Shown piece by piece: positions 38,620-48,426 of a stretch of 64,000 bases of DNA; the first letter of the stretch is position 1; the number at the start of each line of letters is the position of its first letter. The notes below the pieces were generated by a model that was not told the origin of the DNA, did not search any database, and saw only the letters and a program-made list of their open reading frames with translations. The DNA comes from Candidatus Cloacimonadota bacterium. Lineage in GTDB: Bacteria > Cloacimonadota > Cloacimonadia > JGIOTU-2. The stretch lies in the NCBI GenBank assembly GCA_016932035.1, contig JAFGDR010000022.1, positions 1,226 to 65,225 on the forward strand, written 5' to 3'. The position numbers and the translations under genes were made by a program.

Positions 38620-39402
38620 CTAATCAACCTGATACTTTCTTTGAATGCGCTTAATACTTGCAACGGTCCCATCTTCGTCAATAGAAATAAAAACGCCGTT
38701 AAGCATGAGGTTTTCCTTTGCGGGATTAAATCTGTTAGGAATTTGTGTTAGAAATCGTTCGATACCATCTTCGCGACGCAGACCAATAATAGAATCTTGA
38801 GGACCTGTCATACCGGCATCAGTGATATATGCTGTGCCTTGAGGTAGGATTCGCTCGTCGGCAGTTTGAACATGCGTATGAGATCCGATGAGTGCCGTAA
38901 TCCTTCCGTCTAGATACCAAGCCATTGCTTGTTTCTCTGCAGTTGCTTCGGCATGAAAGTCAACAATTATAATCTGATCATCTCTCGTTAATCTTTCAAG
39001 ATAGGTATCCATGACTCTAAAGGGACAATCCACAGTAACGGTAAAGACTCTTCCCATTAAGCATAGAATAACAACTCGTTTCCCTTGAACTTCAATTTCA
39101 AAAACATCATTTCCGGGTACGGCTGGGGGATAGTTAATTGGCTTAACAACGCGCTTTTCCTGTTCAAGGTATGCAATAATCTCTTTCTTATCCCATAAAT
39201 GATTACCTGAAGTAAGCACATCGACACCGCTTTCGAACATCGCCTTTGCAGTATCTGGAGTCATGCCAAGTCCACCAGCGAGATTCTCACCGTTTGCTAT
39301 AACAAGATCAAGTCCAAATTCTTCTCTAAGGCCAGGCAGTAATCCCTGAACTGTTTTTCTCCCGGGTTTCCCGAAGATATCACCGATATAGAGAATATTC
39401 AT
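38620..39402 (-). CDS. ymdB: YmdB-like metallophosphoesterase (2',3'-cyclic-nucleotide phosphodiesterase family, TIGR00282)
   Basis: 'ILYIGDIFGKPGR...VIANGENLAGGLGMT...LTSGNHLWDKKE'. Immediately downstream of rny, as in Firmicutes. Confidence 0.8.
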   Translation of the reverse strand: MNILYIGDIFGKPGRKTVQGLLPGLREEFGLDLVIANGENLAGGLGMTPDTAKAMFESGVDVLTSGNHLWDKKEIIAYLEQEKRVVKPINYPPAVPGNDVFEIEVQGKRVVILCLMGRVFTVTVDCPFRVMDTYLERLTRDDQIIIVDFHAEATAEKQAMAWYLDGRITALIGSHTHVQTADERILPQGTAYITDAGMTGPQDSIIGLRREDGIERFLTQIPNRFNPAKENLMLNGVFISIDEDGTVASIKRIQRKYQVD

Positions 39403-39404
39403 TA

Positions 39405-40958
39405 TTATTTCGCCAGAACGGTTTTTCGTATCTCCCGAATAACGGTGACTTTTATCTGTCCCGGATACTGAAGATCATTTTCTATTTTTTTAGCAACGTC
39501 AGATGCTAGCAGTTCAGCTTGAGCATCATCGATAGTAGTATGTTCGACCATTATACGGATTTCTCTTCCTGCCTGTATCGCAAAACATTTATGAACACCC
39601 TCAAAGGAATATGCGATCTCTTCTAATTTTTCAAGACGTTTCAGATATGATTCAAGGGTCTCTCGTCGTGCACCTGGGCGAGCTCCTGAGACTGCATCAG
39701 CAACTTGAACGAGTACAGCGTAAACCGATTCAGGATCAACTTCTTCATGATGTGCTTCAATTGCATTTACAATAACGGGTTGTAAGCCATTTCTTCGTGC
39801 TAGGTCTGCACCGATAGTTGCATGAGATCCGTCAATTTCGTGATCGACTGCTTTTCCAATATCATGCAACAATCCGATCTTTCTTGCGAGTGCTTGATCC
39901 AGACCCAACTCTGCAGCAAGCATGCCACAGATCCATGCACTTTCTATACTATGTTTCAACATGTTCTGTCCATAACTGGTTCTGTATTTTAGACGTCCGA
40001 TCAATGTTTTCAAGTTGTCGGGCAGATCATGGATTGCAAGATCAAGGAGTGTCTTCTTTCCGGTTTCCTCGATTATCTTATTCACTTCTTTTTCTGATTT
40101 AGCGATTATGTCTTCAATCCTACCAGGATGTATTCTTCCGTCAGATATCAATTTTTCAAGAGCTCGTTTTGCGATCTCTCTTCGTACTGGATCAAAACTT
40201 GAAACGATAACAGCTTCCGGTGTATCATCAACGATGATCTCTACCCCAGAGCTACTTTCAAAGGTGCGAATATTTCTACCTTCTCTACCAATAATACGAC
40301 CTTTCATTTCTTCAGATGGTAGATCGACGACCGAAACAGTTGATTCTGTCACATAATCAACCGCAGTTCGCTGTATCGCATTTGCAATGATTTTCACTGC
40401 TTCGTCATCAGCTTCTGAATTAGCTTTATCGATAATTGTCTTCCTCAATTTTGCAGCATCGATACGCGCTTCATTTTCGTATTTTTTCAGCAACATTTCG
40501 ATTGCCTGCTCTTTTGTCAGGTTTGCGATTTCCATTAATCGCTTTGCTTCCTGCTCGAGCATTTCTTTCAACTTTGCTTCATCGTCATCAAGCTTTGTCT
40601 GCTTATTTTGGAGATGTCTTTCTCTGTCGGTTATTGATTGCTCACGTCTGTCCAATTTACTCAGACGTTCATCGATATTACTGATTCTCTGATTGTAATT
40701 CGACTCAATTTTTCGGAGTTCTTTTTTCCTCTCCTCAATTTCCTTTTCCAGATTAGCTTTTCGTTTATACCAATCTTCTTTTGCTTCAATTTCTGCTTCT
40801 TTTTTAATTACTTTTGCTTCTAAGCGTGCTTCATCTTTGATCTTCTGGGATTCGATATGTGCTTGTTTGACTTTTTTGGATGTGAGTAGTCTGAAAGACA
40901 GCCAACCGATGAACACCCCTACAACTAATCCAATTATTGCTAACAGTATCTCGTTCAT
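39405..40958 (-). CDS. rny: Ribonuclease Y
   Basis: N-terminal TM, a coiled-coil, a KH domain ('IIGREGRNIRTFE'), and an HD domain ('HDIGKAVDHE'). Confidence 0.85.
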   Translation of the reverse strand: MNEILLAIIGLVVGVFIGWLSFRLLTSKKVKQAHIESQKIKDEARLEAKVIKKEAEIEAKEDWYKRKANLEKEIEERKKELRKIESNYNQRISNIDERLSKLDRREQSITDRERHLQNKQTKLDDDEAKLKEMLEQEAKRLMEIANLTKEQAIEMLLKKYENEARIDAAKLRKTIIDKANSEADDEAVKIIANAIQRTAVDYVTESTVSVVDLPSEEMKGRIIGREGRNIRTFESSSGVEIIVDDTPEAVIVSSFDPVRREIAKRALEKLISDGRIHPGRIEDIIAKSEKEVNKIIEETGKKTLLDLAIHDLPDNLKTLIGRLKYRTSYGQNMLKHSIESAWICGMLAAELGLDQALARKIGLLHDIGKAVDHEIDGSHATIGADLARRNGLQPVIVNAIEAHHEEVDPESVYAVLVQVADAVSGARPGARRETLESYLKRLEKLEEIAYSFEGVHKCFAIQAGREIRIMVEHTTIDDAQAELLASDVAKKIENDLQYPGQIKVTVIREIRKTVLAK

Positions 40959-40974
40959 CTCTATTCCTTTCCAT

Positions 40975-41180
40975 AATGAGACCTGCCCTTGCCGTGTAAC
41001 AACGAGTTTGAACTATTATTTCAAAAAGATGGGAATTCTATATGTACTTTATGAGTCCTACTGCAATGCAGGCATTCACGCCATACACAATCGAACACCC
41101 TATAGTTCCTGTTTAGCACAAAACAAGATTGCTATCACGAACAGGGCAGGCCTACCGGAAAGAGCAATAATCTATCTTAT
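40975..41180 (-). ncRNA. Structured intergenic RNA. It is a candidate 6S RNA (ssrS-like) or a structured rny leader.
   Basis: A 231-nt non-coding gap immediately downstream of zapA, which is the conserved position of ssrS in some Proteobacteria, E. coli being the example I know. Long-range complementarity of about 14 bp between 40981-40996 and 41136-41151. An internal hairpin ctgca-at-tgcag. Confidence 0.25.
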
Positions 41181-41189
41181 AGAACAAAA

Positions 41190-41510
41190 TTATTCTTCGT
41201 CCAAAGAATCCAATAGTTTTGAAATTTTTTGTACGAAACTTTCTAACTTCTCTTGTTCCTTTTTCTTTCTGAACATCTCTTCTACGATATTAAGTCCACA
41301 CAGGATGGCAAGATCATATCTCTTTCTGGGATTGTACTCTTCAGAAAGTTCAACAAGTTTTCTATCCAAAAAACTCGCGTATTGCCTGATCTCGTCAGGA
41401 TCAACATCTCCTGCAATTGAGTATGTATCACCCAAAATATCGACAGAAATATTATTCGTATATTTTAAATTATTCATTATTTCCAGCAGACTGAGAAACT
41501 GATTCTCCAA
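41190..41510 (-). CDS. zapA: Cell division protein ZapA. An alternative start at 41477 is possible.
   Basis: 'ISVDILGDTYSIAGDVDPDEIRQYASFLDRKL' ZapA core, then a C-terminal coiled-coil. Confidence 0.65.
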   Translation of the reverse strand: MENQFLSLLEIMNNLKYTNNISVDILGDTYSIAGDVDPDEIRQYASFLDRKLVELSEEYNPRKRYDLAILCGLNIVEEMFRKKKEQEKLESFVQKISKLLDSLDEE

Positions 41511-41835
41511 TTATTGTATCAATTTCCTGAAGCATCGAGCCAACTCGTGAATCGATTTCGTTTGCCTGTTCTGTAAAGTTTTGTATCTGCTCTTCCTTGA
41601 GAGCTAGTTTATTCTGCAAATCTTGGTTCTGTTCTTTATACTGCTCCACGGCTTTCTGGAGCTCGCCTATCGTTTCTTGCGAATTCTCCGTGTTATAGAA
41701 CAGATCTTTATATTTATTATTGAGATTTTCATTTTCTTTTAAAACCTGAATATATTTATCTTGTAAAATTTTATATTTAGAAATTAAATTTCTAATCTTT
41801 TCTTCTATCAGATCAAGTACATGCGTATCCATCAC
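41470..41835 (-). CDS. Coiled-coil protein, possible ZapB-like or cell-division-associated factor
   Basis: 121 aa, with heptad-rich 'LQNKLALKEEQIQNF'. Sits between pheT and zapA. Confidence 0.35.
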   Translation of the reverse strand: MMDTHVLDLIEEKIRNLISKYKILQDKYIQVLKENENLNNKYKDLFYNTENSQETIGELQKAVEQYKEQNQDLQNKLALKEEQIQNFTEQANEIDSRVGSMLQEIDTIIGESVSQSAGNNE

Positions 41836-44231
41836 TCCTGCCTCAATTCTATTTGATGTTCACGTGATAATTTGTTTACAATATTGTCAAATAATTTATC
41901 CACATATTTGTCTGTGAGTGTCGATGTGTCAGACTGAAAACTGATATTAAAAGCTAGACTGCGAAAACCTTGTTTGATCTGTTTTCCAGTATAGACATCA
42001 AACAATTGAACATCTCTGATGATCTTTGGTTCAACTGAAATAATTATCTCCTGGATCGAAGCCACATCGGCATTCAAAGGTGCTATTAATGCTATATCTC
42101 TCAGCACAGAAGGATACTTCACGATCTCCTTAAAACGAAGTTCCTTTTCATGATAATAAGGAATAAGTTTTGATACATCAATATCAAAAAGTATTACAGG
42201 TGCATCGACGTCATATGATTCAAGAATATCCTGATCCATCACACCAACCGATCCGATCTTCTCCTCTTTCAAGTATAGATCTGCAGCAGAATTCTTTTTA
42301 AAATAAGGTTCGCTTGATATTTTATAAGAAATCTTTTCTGCACAATGGATTTTAACAAATATAGATTCAAGTATACCTTTAGCATCATAAAAGGACGTCT
42401 CTTTTTGAGTGTCTCCCCAAAAAAATGACTCATATTTACCAACGATGACACCGGTGAGGTAAGTAGGTTCTACAAATGCATCTTCTTGCTTGAGATAAAT
42501 TCTATTCAATTCAAAAAGTTTAAAGTCATTGAATTTATAAGAGATATTTAATGCTGCATTTTTTAGCAGATCCGGAATAAGCGTAGGTCTCATTATGGAA
42601 AACTGCTCTCCGATCGGATTGGTAAGTTCTACAACCTGACGCCTGTAATCATCATCCGATATTCTAAGTATATTTAAATCATCGGGAGTTCCGAAACTCA
42701 TATTATTAACTTCATAGAAGCCTAATGAGATGAGATGATTTTTTATCGAACGAACAACCGTTCTTTTCTGTTTATCATCGATTCTGTACGTGACAAAATG
42801 TGATTCAACATTATTGTAGCCATAGCAACGGGCAAGTTCTTCGATAATGTCTATCTCGCGCTCGATATCGGGACGAAATGTAGGGATAGTAACTTCAAAT
42901 TTATCATCTGAAATTTGTTTTGTTTTGAACTCGAATGCCTGAAGATAATGTTCCACTTCTTTTGCATTCATCGAAGCATTAAGAATACTATTCGTTCTTG
43001 AAACGCGTAGTGGTAATGTATTAGGATCTATCTTCTTAGGATAGCAATCAACAACACCTTGAGAGATTTTACCACCGCCGGTTAGCTGAATGAGTTGTTC
43101 TGCCCTATCGATCACTTCAATAAGTCCATTTGGATCCATTCCTCTCTCGAATCGGTATGATGATTCAGTTTGAAGTCCATATTCGAGAGCTGAGGCACGA
43201 ATATTTTTCGGATCAAAATATGCACATTCAATAACAACATCCTTGGTGTCCTCATTAATAGAACTATCAAGTCCTCCCATGATACCTGCCAGTGCAAGTG
43301 GATGCTTTGGATCGGTGATTAGAAGATTATTCGAATTGAGTGTGAGCTCCGTATCATCGAGAAGCATCATTATCTCTTTATCTTTAGCTGTGCGTACAAC
43401 GATGGTATTATCTGAAATTTTAGAATAATCAAATGCATGCAATGGATGACCATACTCGAGAAGCACATAATTTGTTACATCAACAATATTATTTATCGGA
43501 CGCAGTCCAGCTGCGATCAGCTTTTTTTGCATCCACATAGGTGACGGTTGAACAGTTATCCCCCGAATAACTCGAGCACAATATCTCGGGCATTTCTTGC
43601 TATCTTCAATAATTACTAAGATCTCTTCTTCAGCTTGATGATTTGATTCTTCAAATGTAATTTCCGGATGTGCATATTCAGTATCGAGCATAACCGAGAC
43701 TTCTCGAGCAACACCGATCATGCCGAGTAGGTCTGGACGGTTTGGTGTAACTTCCACTTCAATGATATGATCGTTAAGCCCCATCGCATCCGCAAATGCT
43801 GTACCCGGTTCGATGTCTTGGGTTATGACCATAATACCAGAATGATCATCTGAAATACCGAGCTCTCGCTCTGAACAGATCATACCATAGGATTCAACAC
43901 CGCGCAGTTTTGCCTTTTTGATCTCGAAATCTCCAAGCTTTGCACCGATCATGGCAACTGGAACGAGGATACCTTCGACGACATTCGGTGCACCGCAAAT
44001 GATACTGAGAGGATCGTCTTTTCCAACTTCAACACTGCAGAGGTGCAACTTATCTGCATTAGGATGTTTTTCGACAGTTAAAACCTTACCCACAACAATA
44101 TTATCAAGGTCTTTAGCCGGTTGAGTAACTTCTTCAACTTCAAGACCGAACATGGTCAGCTTTTCGCAAAACTCATCTATCTGCAACTGAGTGGGTACTA
44201 ATTCTTTCAACCAATTATAGCTTATTTTCAT
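41832..44231 (-). CDS. pheT: Phenylalanine--tRNA ligase beta subunit
   Basis: 'MKISYNWLKELV' N-terminus, 799 aa, with tRNA-binding, B3/B4 and B5 regions. Confidence 0.9.
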   Translation of the reverse strand: MKISYNWLKELVPTQLQIDEFCEKLTMFGLEVEEVTQPAKDLDNIVVGKVLTVEKHPNADKLHLCSVEVGKDDPLSIICGAPNVVEGILVPVAMIGAKLGDFEIKKAKLRGVESYGMICSERELGISDDHSGIMVITQDIEPGTAFADAMGLNDHIIEVEVTPNRPDLLGMIGVAREVSVMLDTEYAHPEITFEESNHQAEEEILVIIEDSKKCPRYCARVIRGITVQPSPMWMQKKLIAAGLRPINNIVDVTNYVLLEYGHPLHAFDYSKISDNTIVVRTAKDKEIMMLLDDTELTLNSNNLLITDPKHPLALAGIMGGLDSSINEDTKDVVIECAYFDPKNIRASALEYGLQTESSYRFERGMDPNGLIEVIDRAEQLIQLTGGGKISQGVVDCYPKKIDPNTLPLRVSRTNSILNASMNAKEVEHYLQAFEFKTKQISDDKFEVTIPTFRPDIEREIDIIEELARCYGYNNVESHFVTYRIDDKQKRTVVRSIKNHLISLGFYEVNNMSFGTPDDLNILRISDDDYRRQVVELTNPIGEQFSIMRPTLIPDLLKNAALNISYKFNDFKLFELNRIYLKQEDAFVEPTYLTGVIVGKYESFFWGDTQKETSFYDAKGILESIFVKIHCAEKISYKISSEPYFKKNSAADLYLKEEKIGSVGVMDQDILESYDVDAPVILFDIDVSKLIPYYHEKELRFKEIVKYPSVLRDIALIAPLNADVASIQEIIISVEPKIIRDVQLFDVYTGKQIKQGFRSLAFNISFQSDTSTLTDKYVDKLFDNIVNKLSREHQIELRQE

Positions 44232-44252
44232 GATACTCTCTTAAGAAAAGAT

Positions 44253-45269
44253 TTACTGAAATTGATGCAATATTCTCAAATCGTTCGTAACCAATTTCCG
44301 TATATCAGATATTCCATACCGAAGCATCGCGATCCTTTCGATTCCAAGTCCAAATGCATATCCGGTATATTTTTCCGAATCGTATCCAACCTCTTCGAGA
44401 ACAGCAGGATCAACCATTCCAGCACCACCCATTTCGAGCCAGCCGGAATTCTTGCAGAGTTTACATCCAGTACCTTTACAGTTTATGCAAAGGATATCCA
44501 TCTCTGCACTCGGTTCTGTGAAAGGAAAGAAATGTGGGCGAAAACGAGAACGAGTATCAGGACTGAAGATCTGCTTCACCAGCGAATCGAGAGCTCCTTT
44601 CAGGTCGGACATGGTGATACTTTCATCAACCATGAGTGCTTCAACCTGATGGAATACCGGCAGATGTGAGGGATCGACCTTATCAACCCGGTAGCAACGA
44701 CCTGTTGAGATGATCTTTATCGGCGGTTTGAACTTCTCCATGACTCTGATCTGCATCGGTGAGGTCTGTGTCCTGAGAAGCATTCCGCCTTTGAGATAGA
44801 ACGTATCCTGCTCATTTCTTGCCGGATGCCAACTCGGTGTATTCAATGCATCGAAATTGTAATATTCACTTTCAATTTCAGGACCTTCTGCAACCTCGAA
44901 ACCAAGACCGAGAAAAATATCTTCGATCTCTTCCCAAATTTTATACAGGGGATGCTTTGCACCCAATGGAAAAGGTTTTCCAGGCATGGTCACGTCGAGT
45001 TTGTGAATATCAGAAGCTTCTGATTTTTGCTTCAGTGCAACTTTTTTATCCTCGAGAAGCTGACCAATTTCCTTTTTTGCTTTGTTCAGAAATGCTCCCA
45101 TCAGAGGGCGTTCTTCTTTGGGAAGTGTTCCGATCTTGCTCAGTAAATCTGAAAGAGAACTTTTTTTACCAAGATATTTAATACGAAGCTCTTCCAGATT
45201 TTTATCTGACTCACAAGAAGGTATACTTCTTCTCGCTTCTTCTAAAATCTCTTGTATTTGTTCTTTCAC
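44253..45269 (-). CDS. pheS: Phenylalanine--tRNA ligase alpha subunit
   Basis: Class II aaRS motifs ('FRPHFFPFTEPSAE', 'GWLEMGGAGMV'), 338 aa. Confidence 0.9.
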   Translation of the reverse strand: MKEQIQEILEEARRSIPSCESDKNLEELRIKYLGKKSSLSDLLSKIGTLPKEERPLMGAFLNKAKKEIGQLLEDKKVALKQKSEASDIHKLDVTMPGKPFPLGAKHPLYKIWEEIEDIFLGLGFEVAEGPEIESEYYNFDALNTPSWHPARNEQDTFYLKGGMLLRTQTSPMQIRVMEKFKPPIKIISTGRCYRVDKVDPSHLPVFHQVEALMVDESITMSDLKGALDSLVKQIFSPDTRSRFRPHFFPFTEPSAEMDILCINCKGTGCKLCKNSGWLEMGGAGMVDPAVLEEVGYDSEKYTGYAFGLGIERIAMLRYGISDIRKLVTNDLRILHQFQ

Positions 45270-45275
45270 AATAGG

Positions 45276-45632
45276 TTATTTTCCTAATTTCTTTTTTACA
45301 TTATCAACGATCTTTGCAAAATCTGCTGGATTGTTGATCGCAATCTCGGATAACATTTTTCTGTTTATCTCGATATTCAACTCTTTCAAACCGTTCATAA
45401 ACTGGCTGTAACTCAACCCATGTTCATGTACTGCTGCATTGATTCTTATGATCCAAAGTCTTCTAAACTCTCGTTTACGGGCTTTTCTGTCACGATAGGC
45501 ATATTGCCAGCCTTTTTCGACTGCTTCACGCGCTGCACGATAAAGCTTTCTACCACCACGATATCCTTTTGCCTCTTTGAGGATTTTTTTTCTTCTAGTT
45601 CTGGAAGCTACTTTATTTTTTGCTCTAGCCAT
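45276..45632 (-). CDS. rplT: 50S ribosomal protein L20
   Basis: '[26 protein letters not shown]'. Confidence 0.9.
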   Translation of the reverse strand: MARAKNKVASRTRRKKILKEAKGYRGGRKLYRAAREAVEKGWQYAYRDRKARKREFRRLWIIRINAAVHEHGLSYSQFMNGLKELNIEINRKMLSEIAINNPADFAKIVDNVKKKLGK

Positions 45633-45665
45633 AACAACTCCTTGTAAAAATTTAATATTTTGATA

Positions 45666-45860
45666 TTATGATTCTAACATGTCTTTTACACGTTTCTCAT
45701 CGGCTTTTGCAACATACCCGCCCTTTCGCAGGTTTGATTTTTGATCTGATGTCTTTTTTTCCATAAAATGACCGCGATACGCTTTGTTTCTTTTTATCTT
45801 ACCACTCGCTGTCTTTTTAAACCTTTTAGCTGCTGCTCTTCTTGTTTTAAGTTTTGGCAT
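45666..45860 (-). CDS. rpmI: 50S ribosomal protein L35
   Basis: 'MPKLKTRRAAAKRFKKTASGKIKR'. Confidence 0.9.
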   Translation of the reverse strand: MPKLKTRRAAAKRFKKTASGKIKRNKAYRGHFMEKKTSDQKSNLRKGGYVAKADEKRVKDMLES

Positions 45861-45900
45861 AATGAAAACTCCTAACGATTCCTTTATCTGCGTCTGTTCG

Positions 45901-46401
45901 CTATTTCTGAATTTTTTTGGGAGATACGAATCCGATCAGGAAACGACCTTCCATCTTTGGTTCCTGTTCGAAGTCACCATACTCCTCAAGTTCTTCCTGG
46001 ATTCTCTGGATGAGTTCCCAGCCCAATTCTTTATGAGCCATTTCTCGTCCTCTGAACTGGATGGTGACTTTTACCTTATTGCCCTTATCGAGGAATTCTT
46101 TGATGTGCTTGACCTTGAAATTATAGTCATGCTCATCTGTTCTGGGTCTGAATTTGACCTCTTTGAGCTGGGTAGAATGCTGCTTCTTTTTTGCTTCACG
46201 AGCTTTTTTGGACTCTTCAAAGATCAGTTTGCTGTAATCGATAATTTTGCAAACTGGCGGATCAGCATCAGGTGCTATCTCGACGAGATCCATGTTATAC
46301 TCTCTTGCTTTTCGAAGCGCTTCCTGAGTCGGAACAATACCCAGTGCTTCCTTTTCGGGACCAATCAAACGAACTCTTCTTGCAGTGATTTGCTCATTAA
46401 T
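45901..46401 (-). CDS. infC: Translation initiation factor IF-3, probably initiating at a non-AUG AUU codon
   Basis: IF-3 core 'INEQITARRVRLIGPEKEALGIV...'. The in-frame ATT at minus 46401-46399 encodes the Ile immediately preceding the conserved core. The only upstream in-frame ATG (46536) adds 45 hydrophobic residues that do not look like IF-3. Confidence 0.7.
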   Translation of the reverse strand: MNEQITARRVRLIGPEKEALGIVPTQEALRKAREYNMDLVEIAPDADPPVCKIIDYSKLIFEESKKAREAKKKQHSTQLKEVKFRPRTDEHDYNFKVKHIKEFLDKGNKVKVTIQFRGREMAHKELGWELIQRIQEELEEYGDFEQEPKMEGRFLIGFVSPKKIQK

Positions 46402-46691
46402 TTTTTTGTCATTCTTATAGCTTTCCCGCTGTTTCCAGGGTTTAAACCGTCTATTGATAGCGATTCTGCACCTCCAAATAAAAAAAGCGAACAACTGCGG
46501 TTCACTTTCAATATTTATTGAATTATTTTTTCTCACCTTATTAACAGCATCGGCGTCATAAGGTAGGAACTCGCAGTTCCTTTATTGGTGCTACTTATTT
46601 TTGTGCTATTTCACACGTCAAGTTTTTGAGGAGTAGTACATGAGAAATTTCTTTTTCTTGACGTTTATCATCACAAAATTGTCCTGCTCCT

Positions 46692-47828
46692 ATGAAAAAT
46701 ATATTCATACTTGTTGGTGAACGGTCTGCAGATGTTCATGCTGCTGAAGTTATAGCCCAACTTCAGACAAAGGACCCTTCGATCAAGTTATGGGGTATCG
46801 GTGGACCTCGCATGCAAAAGCTTGGTTTTGAACCACTCTTTCCATTTATCAAATTTTCTATCATAGGGTTTGCTGAAGTGATCGGACATCTTGGCTTTAT
46901 TATGAAGGTTTTCAAAAAGTTGAAAGTTGAATTTTCATCTCGAAAGCCAGACCTTGCCATACTCGTTGATTACCCCGGTATGAATATCCGCATTGCCAAC
47001 ATACTTCATAGTATGAACATTCCTGTTCTCTATTACATTAGCCCGCAAGTCTGGGCTTGGAAAAAAAAACGCATTTATAAGATTGCTGAGTATTCTGACA
47101 AAATAGCAGTCATTTTTCCTTTTGAAAAAGAGATGTATAACGAAATAGGTGCAGATGTTGACTATGTTGGACACCCGATTTCAGAAGAAATAGATATACA
47201 ACATACTAAGGAAGAATTTACTCACCGATATGCTCTTGATCCTCAAAAGGAATGGATCGGTTTCATTCCTGGCAGCCGAAACATTGAAATAAAAAGAATA
47301 CTTCCGGAAATCGTAGAAACCATTAAGCTTCTTAAAAAGAAAAATAAAAAAACACAGGAATATCTCATCTCAAAAGCTGACTCTGTTTCTGATGATATTT
47401 TTAATGAAATACTTCATCCAATTAAAAATGATATAAAAATCGTTGATGACACACACGGCTTGATGAAATATTCTAAAGTAGTGGTGTGTAAATCCGGCAC
47501 ATCAACACTTGAAACAGGATTTCTCGGTACGCCACTGGTCGTAATATATAAAACTTCATGGCTATCATATTTAATTGCGCGAGCTTTCATTAAGATCAAC
47601 ATGATCGCTCTTGCAAATATCGTTCTTGGGAAAAAGGTTGTTCCCGAACTCATTCAACATAATGCCTGCCCGAAGAAAATAGCATACCAAGTCACACGTT
47701 ACCTCGATAATGAAGAATATTATATGGAAACAAAAAAAGATTTGAATAATATACAAAAAGAACTTGGCTCCTTAAATGCATCTGAGAAAGTAGCATCAAT
47801 TGTATTGGAAATGATCCATGAAGCGTAA
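46692..47828 (+). CDS. lpxB: Lipid-A-disaccharide synthase
   Basis: 'IFILVGERSADVHAAEVI' corresponds to the LpxB N-terminus, 378 aa. Confidence 0.85.
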   Translation: MKNIFILVGERSADVHAAEVIAQLQTKDPSIKLWGIGGPRMQKLGFEPLFPFIKFSIIGFAEVIGHLGFIMKVFKKLKVEFSSRKPDLAILVDYPGMNIRIANILHSMNIPVLYYISPQVWAWKKKRIYKIAEYSDKIAVIFPFEKEMYNEIGADVDYVGHPISEEIDIQHTKEEFTHRYALDPQKEWIGFIPGSRNIEIKRILPEIVETIKLLKKKNKKTQEYLISKADSVSDDIFNEILHPIKNDIKIVDDTHGLMKYSKVVVCKSGTSTLETGFLGTPLVVIYKTSWLSYLIARAFIKINMIALANIVLGKKVVPELIQHNACPKKIAYQVTRYLDNEEYYMETKKDLNNIQKELGSLNASEKVASIVLEMIHEA

Positions 47829-48426
47829 AACACTTCTCCATTTCGTTGATATTTTCGGTCCGTCTCTTATAAAACTGCTGATTGGTACGCTTCGTATTAA
47901 GAAATACAATCAGTCATACATGGATGCTATGAGGGAAGCTCATGGCACTGTCATTTATGCCTTCTGGCACAACAGGATGCTCATACCAGCATACACTCAT
48001 ATCAACCAGAATGTTCATGTGTTGATATCCCAGCACCGTGACGGAGAATTTATTGCACGCGTTATTACAGGACTCGGATTCGGTACGATCCGGGGTTCGT
48101 CCAGACGTGGTGGCATGAAAGCACTGAAAGAAGCAATCGGTATTTCAAAAAAGTATGATCTTGCGATAACTCCTGATGGTCCGACAGGTCCAAAAGAAAT
48201 CGTAAAGGATGGAGCTCTCTTCCTTGCATTGAAAACAGGGAAACCAATCGTACCGGGTATTTTCTTGATGAAGTCTAAGTGGATGTTACACAGCTGGGAT
48301 AATTTCATGATCCCCAAACCCTTCTCCCCTGTAAAAATGATCTATGGAAAACCGATATTTGTCAGGTTAAAAGAGGAAATTCCTCAAAAAAAGATAGAGT
48401 TACAAAAAGCGTTAGAAAACCTTTAG
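47818..48426 (+). CDS. DUF374-family protein (lysophospholipid-acyltransferase-like, commonly found in lipid A/Kdo gene clusters)
   Basis: 'AFWHNRMLIPAY...ISQHRDGEFIARVI...AITPDGPTGP'. Overlaps the lpxB stop. Confidence 0.6.
   Translation: MKRKTLLHFVDIFGPSLIKLLIGTLRIKKYNQSYMDAMREAHGTVIYAFWHNRMLIPAYTHINQNVHVLISQHRDGEFIARVITGLGFGTIRGSSRRGGMKALKEAIGISKKYDLAITPDGPTGPKEIVKDGALFLALKTGKPIVPGIFLMKSKWMLHSWDNFMIPKPFSPVKMIYGKPIFVRLKEEIPQKKIELQKALENL

Noticed and set aside
40015-41502. Plus-strand ORFs of 113, 101, 82, 61 and 221 aa overlapping rny, the rny-zapA gap and zapA
   Set aside because: They are antisense to strongly supported genes. Their Ser/Phe-rich low-complexity products lack starts with an RBS. 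The 221-aa ORF spans the intergenic structured region and the zapA antisense.
45784-46521. 245-aa plus-strand ORF
   Set aside because: Antisense to rpmI and infC. Low-complexity hydrophobic translation.
46402-46536. N-terminal 45 codons of the ORF-track infC call
   Set aside because: Hydrophobic and not IF-3-like. The conserved AUU start explains the gene better (see finding).
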